Shown here: one piece after another, positions 19,201 to 29,135 of the stretch
Layout of the letters: every line of letters begins with the position of its first letter
How positions within the stretch are numbered: position 1 is the first letter of the stretch
NCBI GenBank assembly: GCA_002269645.1
Contig: NIVC01002228.1
Coordinates: 1 to 29,343, forward strand
Reading direction: 5' to 3'
Source of the DNA: Macrostomum lignano
Lineage: Eukaryota
Length of the DNA: 29,343 nt
Translations under genes and position numbers: made by a program
Notes under the pieces: model-generated
What the model was told of the DNA's origin: nothing
The model's input: the letters and a program-made list of their open reading frames with translations, nothing else
The model's database searches: none

Positions 19201-22152
19201 CACCTGAAATGCAATATTTATCAACTATAGTTCGGCGCATTGGGTTCACTTCACGTGCATGTTGATTTAAAAACATCCATTCAGACGAATGAAAAGTTGC
19301 TGTTTTAAGATAGTGGGTGTGTGCTTTCTTGCTAATAAGATCGTAGCTAGATAGTCTTACTCCATCCACTCCCTAGGTGTGAAACTAAAACGGATACCAA
19401 AAATAGCACCAGCAAATCACTTGAACAATCGGCCTTCAAAATGTTTCTTTCCCTAGTTCGTTAGTGCCATTTTTGGTTTGCTAGTTTCCAACCGAGTACA
19501 AAAAATTGAAGAAATTGTTTTCCCTAGCAGAGATTAGAAAGTTCAGAAACGTACAAACCTTTATTGAGTTTCATCTTCATCTGCACGTTCTCCACGCTAC
19601 TCCAAGGCAAACAGTCCCGGCCCGACTCTGTCCAGTTCGTCCGACCAGTGTACACCACATTCGCTCCGGCATTTTTGCTCACGGCGCAGTCGAACTCTTT
19701 AGTAGCGGCTGTAATGTGCTGCGTTAGTTTGTTAGATAGTTCGCAACAGGCCACCCGCAGAGAATCGCCTAAGCTACCGAAGTTTCTTTCACCAGCCCTA
19801 AATTGATGTCTCAGTGAACGGAATGAATACTAGCTTCTTCGACTGCTTTGGCTGTAATCAACACCATTGACTCACCGCAGTAAGGGACGTCGCACAAGCC
19901 AGCGTTTAGTCTTTCAGAGTCCATGAAGAAGCAGTAGGGTCCGCCTGAATAAGCTTCCAATTGACCAAACCTTCCAATATGCATTGGTTTGTCTTCTAAA
20001 AGAAGTCACGGATTAAAGCTGATGGAGAAACTAATTAGCTTTATTAATTAGAGTATATTCAGCACACAAACCAACATCCCGGATGATCATAACAGCAGCG
20101 GTCCTGTCTGATCCGCATGGCTCCGTTTTGCTGTTGCCGCACTGCCTGTCGCAGCTGGTCCAGCTCCCGTCGGCCAGAGTGGCAGCGGCCTCGGAGCTGC
20201 CGCAGAGGCAGTCGCCGCGGTTCAGCAGCGCTGCAAACGGAGCGTTGAACTTGTCGCAGCACTGGGCGCACGGCTCAAAGGCCTCCAGGCCTCCGCTGTA
20301 GCACGTGATGTTGAAAGCCGTGTCCGCTGTCACTGGGAAGCAGCCAATTATTTCCCGTCTGGGTCCTGTGTGAGCGCATGGAGTGCGTCAGTTCAAGAGT
20401 GAGAGAGTCAGTCAGTCAGTCAGTCAGTCAGTCAGTCAGTCAGTCAGTCAGTCAGTCAGTCAGTCAGTCAGTCAGTCAGTCAGTCAGTCAGTCAGTCAGT
20501 CAGTCAGCCAGTCAGTCAGCCAGTCAGTCAGTCAGTCAGTCAGTCAGTCAGTCAGTCAGTCAGCCAGTCAGTCAGCCAGTCAGTCAGTCAGTCAGTCAGT
20601 CAGTCAGTCAGTCAGTCAGTCAGTCAGTCAGTCAGTCAGCCAGTCAGTCAGTCAGTCAGTCAGTCAGTCAGTCAGTCAGTCAGTCAGTCAGTCAGTCAGT
20701 CAGTCAGTCAGTCAGTCAGTCAGTCAGTCAGTCAGTCAGTCAGTCAGTCAGTCAGTCAGTCAGTCAGTCAGTCAGTCAGTCAGTCAGTCAGTCAGTCAGT
20801 CAGTCAGTCAGTCAGTCAGTCAGTCAGTCAGTCAGTCAGTCAGTCAGTCAGTCAGTCAGTCAGTCAGTCAGTCAGTCAGTCAGTCAGTCAGTCAGTCAGT
20901 CACTCACTCACTCACTCGCTAAGTCAGTCACTTACGAGTTGCAATTGGGAGAAACTCTGTCAGCGGCAAACCCGGAGGTAAGCGGCACCTGGACTCAGTC
21001 TCTGAGAAGTTGAGTTTCATCAGCAAGCCACCCAGTACTTCAGCATTCGAGCTCCCTCTCTGCAGCATGCGTGCTGCATCATTCCATCGCATGCACTGCT
21101 TGTAGATCACGTAGGGCTGTACAGGTGGCTTAACCGAATAGTTTCCAAGTGTTTTTGAATCGGAAGGATCAATCGTAATACTAGATGGCCCATAGACAAC
21201 TGCATAGCTTGCGTTTCCAAGGTAGTTACTTCCGTCGAGACTTCTCCTACAGTCGGAGCTTTTATTTTTTGCTGCAAAAAATTGTTTTGACTCGCATTTT
21301 TGCGGGAAAATCTATTTTCACGCATTTATAATGCTGGAAATACATCGCTTAAAATTAATTTCAAGAATTTATAGTCACTGCTGAGTTCGTCTCGTAGAAA
21401 AGCAGCTGTAAGTACGAGTTATTCAATGTATAAACCGACTTTTAGTCTCAGTACTGTAGCTTCTACCGGGGTTATGGGGATCTTTAGATGCTTACAGTCT
21501 TGCAGGTGCCAAGTGGATATCTAAGCTTAGTCGTGGAGGTGTCAGGTCGATCTCTAAAGCTAAGTAAATCTCGAAGGACCCGAGGTGAAGCTTAACTACA
21601 CAAATTCGCAGGTTGTAGAAGGAAGCAAACATAAATTTAGAACTTTCAAGGCAGCTTACACTTTACTAGCAGTTTCAGTTGGCTCATCACGGCTGATTCA
21701 GTTTGCTCCAATGCAATCAAAAACGCTTGCGTCGGCTTGTTAAAAAAAAGAGTTTCCGATTTAGACAAATCAAAGTCGTAAAGTTTGATTTTTTCGCTTG
21801 TGTTACTCTTAGAGCCGAGCTCTACATTGTAAATATCCGATGTCGACAGCATCGGAACAATTCTACTCATGGTGACGGCGTGAGTCGGGCAGATGTACAC
21901 ATCCGGGAACTGGTACGGCAGAGTGGACACCGTTATTGTTGTTAACACCGGAGCCTGCTGGTACCTGTCGAACAGGGTGTACAGGTGGTAGCCGAACCCG
22001 CTGTAGGTAGCCAGCAGAAAAGTGAGCCATAGTGACCTGCCGATGAAGCTGGACTGCTCAGAGAATCTGCCCAGTCCGTGAGCACTTGTGTAGCTGCAGA
22101 ACTGCTTGACAGGTGAGCTCAGCTCATGCTGGTCAGCGGGTTCGCTGCTCAT
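16292..22152 (-). CDS. DEG/ENaC (amiloride-sensitive/ASIC-like) channel subunit with kringle-WSC-kringle insertion, ~12 exons, ~1100 aa
   Basis: Exons 21660-22152, 20936-21271, 20072-20365, 19876-19944, 19559-19768, 19071-~19340/19375, 18864-18997, 18432-18787, 17797-17996, 17595-17690, 16867-17483 and 16292-16494. Hallmarks: TSAHG, TM1 (RSLWLTFLL), FPDVYIC, DCTFAGQKC...HPQLGMCHQF, thumb cysteines CINS...CNC...CQSPC, YPWP, ADIGG-ALGLWSGVSILTVCE (TM2 with GxS filter). All junctions are phase-consistent except exon 5/6 (acceptor unresolved), and the penultimate donor reads GA. Confidence 0.9.
18864..19768 (-). other. Kringle domain 2 of the DEG/ENaC protein (exons 5-7)
   Basis: DCAVSKNAGANVVYTGRTNWTESGRDCLPW ... 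DNFCRP ... SPVCF ... ERCTIPTC gives the six-cysteine kringle pattern, with a long insertion between C2 and C3. Confidence 0.8.
20072..20365 (-). other. WSC domain (single symmetric phase 1-1 exon)
   Basis: IIGCF ... CAQCC ... FAALLNRGDCLCG ... SCDRQCGNSKTEPCGS fits the WSC cysteine pattern (GCF...C..C...A...G..C.CG...C...C.G....CG). Confidence 0.85.
20407..20930. repeat. (TCAG)n microsatellite, about 125 units, in intron 2 of DEG/ENaC gene 1
   Basis: Directly visible, with occasional CCAG variants and a TCAC tail. Confidence 0.98.
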
Positions 22153-23759
22153 CGCTGGGGTTCGTCTGGGATGCAGCTAAAATGGAAGCTAGTATTATCT
22201 TTCTGTCTATATAGCCTATTTGCTGAGCTGCTGAGCTCCCTATATAGCCTATGGCTGCCAACTTTGTGTTCTCTCCCGTTAGGTGTAGCAGGCTCCCCGG
22301 TAAGTCAGCAATGGATTTGGTCCAGCCAGTGGCTGCAAAGTTATTTAATTATTTATTTTTATTCCGCAAAATATTTTAGCTAATTAGCCACATCAATAGT
22401 CATCAATCAAGTCATTATATATCGACTATTTCAAGCCGCATCAGTGAGTAGTTGACTAATAAAATTTACTGACTTTGAAGTTGTCCGGCGGGGGGGGGGT
22501 TTGATACTACAGCAGATCAGAGTGACTAATAGACCCGCAGTCAGCTAAAACCCAAGCTGCCATGCATGCCATTCACATGACCCTGAGACCGCTCAAGCAT
22601 ACGGATGCATACACAGCGGCCCTGTCTTTCTTATTTGCACGAAAATTGCTAGAAAAAGTGGCAATAACCATAACATGCAATCACTCTTACTGCAGCAACG
22701 GGATCGCAAGCCAAATGTCGTATAAGGCTTAACTACATTGAGCTACATTGAGTCGTAGGATGAATAGTCGAGGGCGCTTCTCTGCGGGTGGGGGGGGGGA
22801 GTTGAGGAGGCGATTCTCTGCGGGTAGGGGGGTCGATGGTGATTCTTTCGGTGGGGTTTCACTTGGACAGGTACTGACAAGTGTCACTGCAGGCAGTTGT
22901 TGTGCACCCGGCTTACTTTCTCACCGTCGGAAATTTGCTACACGTAAAAGTTCTACGTCACCTATACTGGCTGCATGCATGTCAAGGACTTCTAATCTAA
23001 AGCTTTCTAATTTGTCTATGGCAAAACCTCATTTAGCGCAATGCATTTAAAAGAAAAGAAGACAGTTGCATTTGAAAAAACACAACAGTATTTTGATCGT
23101 TTTCGCTCTTCAGTACTATAGCTTTTTGCAGTTCATTTGGGTTTACGCGCATTTATTGCAATTTAATCTAAGATGATTGTTACACAATTGCAATGTCGAA
23201 AAGCGTGCATTAAATCCTATAGTCTATGGTCACTCCCCATCTCACGCCAACCAAAAAGCAGAGGACCAAAGGAGAGGACCAAAAAGTACTCTGCTGAACG
23301 CAGTGTGAAGTCTATCGTCATTGATGGTCCTAAAATTAAAATCCTGATTAAGTAAGTACGTGCAGACTTTTTTTAAGCATGGAAGCTATTGAGAAGAAGC
23401 ATGAGTTATGCGTTATTCGTTTTCTGTTTTTCTCGTTTTCTATCAAATACACATTAATTGTTTATTAGTCTATGGTACACCCGGTCTTTCCCGAAACCAA
23501 TAAATCATTTAATGGGCTCCGTTTGAAGACCATTGTAATTATACTTTTACCCAGACGCAATGAAAAAATATTTTGGCCATTATTCCACAGTTTTGATGTG
23601 TACCATAGACATTTGGATTGAAAAAATCCATCGCTCAGTATTTTTGTTAATAAATACAGAACAACAAGAAGTAAATGAACAAAAAGGAAAAATCATTAAA
23701 ACTAAAGTACCAGCTACACGAAAAGAGTTAATAATAAATGTCACAGCTAGTGCAGTTCA

Positions 23760-24190
23760 TCAGTTTGTAGTCGAATTTGACAATGTAAAAATCAATTTGT
23801 CACCCAAAGTGAAACATGAACAGTTCTCAAAGCCGCAGTTTTCAAAGATGCTCGACACTTTAGCCTGATGATTTGGCACTGCAAAAGGAGTTGGTCTATG
23901 TTGAATGTTTTCTATGAAAGAGAAATACAGGTGCTCAAGTATAGTTGCCGAACTTACCATTTGAAAGATGCACGTCTTGGTTAAGTTGGCATGCGACTGA
24001 TGAGCTTCGTCTGATGAGCTTCTTTGGTACCGCAGTATCCAAGCTGGGATTCTTTGGGACTGTCGGCTGCTCGACTGAATCGATTGGCCGCTTTCAGGCA
24101 TCGTTTATAGCCGTCGAGGCGTTGAAGACTGCATGGTCGCGTTTTCTTCCTAGGTAGCGCCGCACGGTTCGTTCAGTCGTCGACAGGAAG
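23760..24190 (-). pseudogene. Crypton recombinase C-terminal tail fragment (2 exons)
   Basis: ERTVRRYLG...DA*KRP...LSN, then a 46-nt GT-AG intron (gtaagttc...ttcatag), then ENIQ...SSIFENCGFENCSCFTL, resembling the F-x-NC-x-F-x-NC tail of Crypton-type proteins. In-frame TGA at 24094-24096. Confidence 0.6.
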
Positions 24191-24966
24191 ATTTTTTCAA
24201 TTAATAAGCGCGGCTGTTTGACGAGATGCACTATAGCCATAGTTGTTCGACAAGACAAATAGCTTTTTCTCCCACTACTCGCTTTCCTCATACTTCCTCA
24301 CTACTCGATTTCTTGCAAGACGCAAGCAAAATCAGCACTCACAGTGTTGTCTATGGTCAAACTAAGCCACACAACTCAGTCGTCTATGGGTAAAACAACT
24401 CTTAAAACAGCCAATTGAAGCATGATAAAAAGTATGGAATAATGACCGCGACAAAAGTGTGAATAATGGCCGCAAAAGTGTGGAATAATGATAGATTGTG
24501 TATATGGTTTTGGAGGTAGACAATGATAAAATTTTCACGAGTGGCGAAGCCACTGAGTGACTAAAATTTATCATTGTCTATGACAAAACCATATACACAA
24601 ACACATTGTCTCATGAATGTATTTTTAGAAGCCTAAAATAATGACTCCTAAGCATGGAATAATGAGCGTACAGCATGACACAATGACTGCGCGCTGAGTT
24701 AAAAGTATAGATACAATGCACTTGTATAGTATGCAACTTCGTTGAATAATGGCCATAGACACTCGTGCGCTACGATACTATACAATCTACCATTAAATGA
24801 TTTATTGGTCCCGGTATAGAAGTAGTTGTACCATAGACTATTGATTCCTTGCTGCCAGGGCGCCCATTAAAGGTCAATAAAATAAGCAATTGGATTTTAT
24901 ATGATAAAAGCGTGCATTAAATGTATTATCATTTGTTAACCATGTCGTAGTATTTCGCAGAAACAT

Positions 24967-26280
24967 TAGATAGCGCTCTACCGTTCGTGTGCTTTTTTGG
25001 CCGGTGATCTTGCAAATGTCAGCATTTAAGAAGCTATCATCGGCGAGTTCTTTCACAACTGTTGGACGCACGCAGTGGGCGGTGAACCGACGACTAAGTC
25101 CAGCAGCTTGTGAAATGGTCGACATGAGACTCGCCAAGGTGTTGACACCGACAGGCTGTTTAGCACAGTACCAATTAGACGTTTTCCAGTTGGAAACTTT
25201 TGGCTTCAAAAAGAAAGGCGTGCCTGGAGTAGCACCAGAGCTGCTGCTAGAAATCGACTCGCTTTGCTTACGTAGATACATCTTTAGTGCCTCGACTGGG
25301 CACTTTTCTGCGATTGAGACCATCACCGCGTTCTTGTAGTCATCGCACGCTTCTCGGTTGAGGCTGTTGCCTACATTCTTAACTTTGCCAAGCCTAAGCC
25401 GCACAACCTCCGCTCCGTCGGGCCTCTTCTCAAAGATAAAGCTGTTCTCACTGATTCAGCGACGCCACTCGCGTCCCGGATTTCCAAAGTAATAGATGCA
25501 GTTGTAATATACTTCGTGCAACAACGCCGTCGGATATTCTCTGCTGAAGTAAGCGGCCAGTTTGCGCAAATCGTCCTCCTCCAGGTCTTCAAAATGTTTA
25601 GATCTGCCACCTGCACTGATGAAACTACGAGCCAGTGCTTTCAAGGTCGCATTGGCATTAGAGAACTCTCTGTCGGAAATGATATTCATTCGCCTGGTCT
25701 TCATCAGATGTCGGTACAATGCCGCTCGCATACAAATCAGAGTAGACGATGCCGGAAGGTTGCCGTCACGCTTCCTGAAGGTTCCATAGAACAACCGTAG
25801 TGCAGATGCAATGGCCTCAGCGGAATTGGTTTGCAGATCGACACGGGCCTAAAAAGTTACGACGTTCAAAAGCAATACAAGAATTGACGAAAAGACCTAT
25901 AGAAAATCTGAATTCAAAGCATGTAGAATACAAAGATTAACTGAAACCACAGGATATCTGATTTCGAAGCAACTAACCTCGGGATGTTCATCCATGAACG
26001 TGTTCAGCTTTTTTTACATAACATTCGGCTTGCTGTCTGCTACTGGCGTTCTCTGCTGAGCGTTCCAACTCGGAAATCGCAGCCTCCAGCCTGTTTAAAT
26101 CAGGCTCGGTGCTCATCAGCTCCTCCAGCATGGCGTCATCGATATCTTCGGGCAAAGCATAGTTGGTGTCCAGCGGTCCATTATCAAGCTCCTCCTGCGT
26201 CCGATCGCGAGCATGTTGTTCGAGTGTTTTATCCGACTCGACAGAGGACGGGCCGCTAACCATCTCGTTGGGAAATCTAA
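24967..26280 (-). pseudogene. Crypton/DUF3504-like tyrosine recombinase, disrupted
   Basis: LRLFYGTFRKRDG...STLICMRAALYRHL, YFGNPGRE, FFLKP...NWY...PVGVNTL...AAGL...FTAHCVR...KITGQKS...ERY. Intron 25849-25977 (GAG|gttagt...tttag|GCC). Lesions: extra base in the T7 run at 26009-26015 and in-frame TGA at 25456-25458. Confidence 0.85.
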
Positions 26281-28251
26281 GTATTGAATCCTATATTTGC
26301 CAATGTAACGGAGCTTTTGTCTATGGCAGCAAGGCTGGCAGAGTGGCATTTAATTTGGCAGAGATCGCCTTCTACGGGGTGTCAATCGCCAAGGCAAGTT
26401 GTTCGAGAGCCTCTGATCCAAATGCTACTCGATGCAGTTGAAATGAATCCTTTGTTGACGTTGTAGAAGTGCAGCAGAAGTTGAAGGAACAGTTCCAGTT
26501 GGTCATCAGATTTCGACTCCTCAGCAGAGCTCTGGAAAAGCGACTGAAAATTGTTGGTAGAGACGCTGACATTCCAACGGTACGCAACAACCCACAGACG
26601 CTTGAGAGGGGGCAAGAATTTGCCGAATGGCTCACAGGCGTTTGGATCATAGATCTTATATTCCCTAGATAAGCCACTTTGTATGGCGGTAATAGGGAAA
26701 GTGCGACCGCTGTTTTTCGTCACTTGTGCCAAAAATGACATGCATGGGTTGCTTAAATTTTGAGTTCAGTAGCTTAGGGACATAGACGCAATTTTTTGAG
26801 AATGTGATAAAACTTTTAATGAATTAAATAAAGAGCTACTTAATCAAATTAGGAATGGTGCATGCACTGCAGAGACTACTGACGAATTTGAACTCAGTAG
26901 TTGATTTTCGCGCTGTCGCGGTATGCAAATTTTTTTACATTAGCTTCTATGGCCACATTAGCGGCTAATGAGTGGCCCATCTTGTGTATATATGATCTTT
27001 GGTTTAGTTTAGACCAAATTGGTGCTTGTCGGACCAAATTAGATGCCGATGTGCCAGCCTTGCTACCATAGACAAAAGCCCCATTACATTGGCAGCGGGC
27101 TGCAAAAGCTGCTATTATTTTTCTAACTTTTTATAGACAAATTTGTATAAATTGTAAGTGGAAGGCAGCGAAAACCAGTCTCTATAAAAAAAGTTTACTA
27201 TGCTCTTAGCTTTGAGTTGGTATCATGAGTTCAGGAATTTTGAACGATCTAAAATGAATTTGAGCTGGTGAAGTATCAAGCTTGTACCCCCACGTTTTCA
27301 GCTTTTGGAAGCGCCTCAATTTTATTAATTGGCTAAAAGTTGCAGCAAAACTCAGCCAAAGAGCTCTCTTGCCAGTTCATATTACTGATTTCCCTGAATC
27401 CATCCATGAAGGATCCGGATTTAATCGGACGACCAGCACCGGACAAATGGCGTTTTCTATCTTTCTACACTTTGCTATGCTGTACACTCGTGTAGTATTT
27501 GCAGCAATACTGAAAAAGGGCGGCACAAAAGTGCAGAAGCGCATGCACGTCGTCATCGTTCGATGTGAAGGCTATGAAATTTCAGGGACTACTAAAGCTT
27601 TTAAAGCTCAATTTGGAATGGAAACCAAACCGCCAAGGGCGGGATATCGCAATTTCCCGCTGGCATAGAGATTGGCATAAAACGTAAAAGTATAAAACCT
27701 GAAAACGACATTTACTCTGTTAAAGCAATGTCTTTTTATGATTGGCTTTCAATCCAGTAAAGTTCTAGTAGGACTTGCCTGTTACCCTTCCTGCCAAACG
27801 GTAGGATATTCGATTCACGATGTCCTGAAAGGGCAGGGCGGAGGAAAATTTCTATCTAAAAAATGTCTGAAATGAACGCGCGCAAAGCAAAGTGTACAGA
27901 GCCCATGCTGCTTCCGCACTGCACACCAAGTCCGATGACAGCAAAATTAGATTTCAAAAACACCATCACCAAAGCGAGTTAAATGTCTGCCTGCTGGAAT
28001 ATTGACGCAGCTCAGAAAAAAATCCATCTACCGATCATTCACCATCCACCGTTTCACTGACGGGGAATCCGCAAACAGATGCTCCGCCAACGATCGGATC
28101 AGACTGCATGCACTTTTACACGGCTTTTTGCTGGCCAATAACTGGCTGGCTGGCTGATCAGCAAACACATAAATGCAGCAGTGCCTCAATTGAAATGCTT
28201 CCAATGCTTCAAATCCTGCTCAGCATCAGATAGTCACCAACCAGCCCAACG

Positions 28252-29135
28252 ATGAGCATGGAACCCGCTGACCAGCATGAGCTGAGCTCACCTGTCAAGC
28301 AGTTCTGCAGCTACACAAGTGCTCACGGACTGGGCAGATTCTCTGAGCAGTCCAGCTTCATCGGCAGGTCACTATGGCTCACTTTTCTGTTGGCTACCTA
28401 CAGCGGGTTCGGCTACCACCTGTACACCCTGTTCGACAGGTACCAGCAGGCTCCGGTGTTAACAACGATAACGGTGTCCACTCTGCCGTACCAGTTCCCG
28501 GATGTGTACATCTGCCCGACTCACGCCGTCACCATGAGTAGAATTGTTCCAATGCTTTCTCAACGCGACATTTATAATGTTGAGCACGTTTCGAAAAGCA
28601 GCAATCCCAGCGAAAAGATTAAACTGTACGAATTTGACTTGTCGACACCCAGACGCTTCTATCTAAACATGCCGACATATGCTTTTCTGCGTGCCTTAGA
28701 AGTTACGGAGCAGACAATGATAGATCAGCTACAGCCTTCAAAAAACGGTAGGGATTCTGCCAGATAATCTAGAAACCTTAAATCCATATACTCAAAATGA
28801 CTCATATTCACTTCAGCCAAAAGAGGCTATGCCTGCCGGACCAGCCTAAATGGTGAGGAGTACATTGGAAACGCAAGCTCGGCAGCCGTCTATGGGTCAC
28901 TAGCTTTTCTTTGGAGTCTATCGACTACAGAAACACAGCTGGGCCACCTGTACCGCCTTACATAGCCTACAGCAGTGCATGCGATGGAATGATGCAGCAC
29001 GCATGCTGCAGAGAGGAAGCTCGAATGCTGAAGTACTGGGTGGCTTGCTGATAAAACTCAACTTCTCAGAGACTGAGTCCAGGTGCCGCTCACCTCCGGG
29101 TTTGCCGCTGACAGCGTTTCTCCCAATTGCAACTC
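28252..29135 (+). CDS. Second DEG/ENaC-kringle paralog, exons 1-2 (continues off the right edge; exon 2 frameshifted in this sequence)
   Basis: Exon 1 is 28252-28747 (donor G|gtaggg) and is nearly identical to copy 1 over HG/TM1/FPDVYIC. Exon 2 is 28817-29135 (ttcag|CC ... C|gtaagt), kringle start ACRTSLNGEEYIG; it is 319 nt and appears to lack two single bases. Confidence 0.8.

Larger units (their letters stand above)
19876..21271 (-). other. Kringle domain 1 (split; exons 2 and 4)
   Basis: DCRRSLDGSNYLG ... QCMRW ... RCRLP in exon 2 and GGPYCF ... LCDVPYC in exon 4. Confidence 0.7.
23220..27075 (-). mobile_element. Decayed Crypton-type (tyrosine recombinase) DNA transposon, boundaries approximate
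   Basis: Contains recombinase remnants (see below). Extent inferred from nine copies of GTCTATGG/CCATAGAC between 23222 and 27073. No RT, so not DIRS. Confidence 0.65.

Noticed and set aside
20378-21013. Two long SQSV-repeat ORFs (211 and 179 aa)
   Set aside because: They are translations of the stop-free (TCAG)n microsatellite in an intron of the opposite-strand gene.
19753-22825. 18-nt exact inverted match AGGCGATTCTCTGCGGGT between the exon 5 acceptor (19753-19770) and a G-rich upstream repeat (22808-22825)
   Set aside because: A single short match of borderline significance in 29 kb; the upstream copy belongs to a G-rich degenerate repeat, and no mechanism is supportable from sequence alone.
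24094-25458. Selenocysteine or read-through recoding at the two in-frame TGAs of the Crypton
   Set aside because: They fall at positions where Leu fits, no SECIS is evident, and the element has other lesions, so ordinary decay suffices.
26372-27668. Short ORFs at 26372-26741 and 27282-27668 as additional genes
   Set aside because: No recognisable domains and broken frames; they may be decayed element sequence but cannot be assigned.
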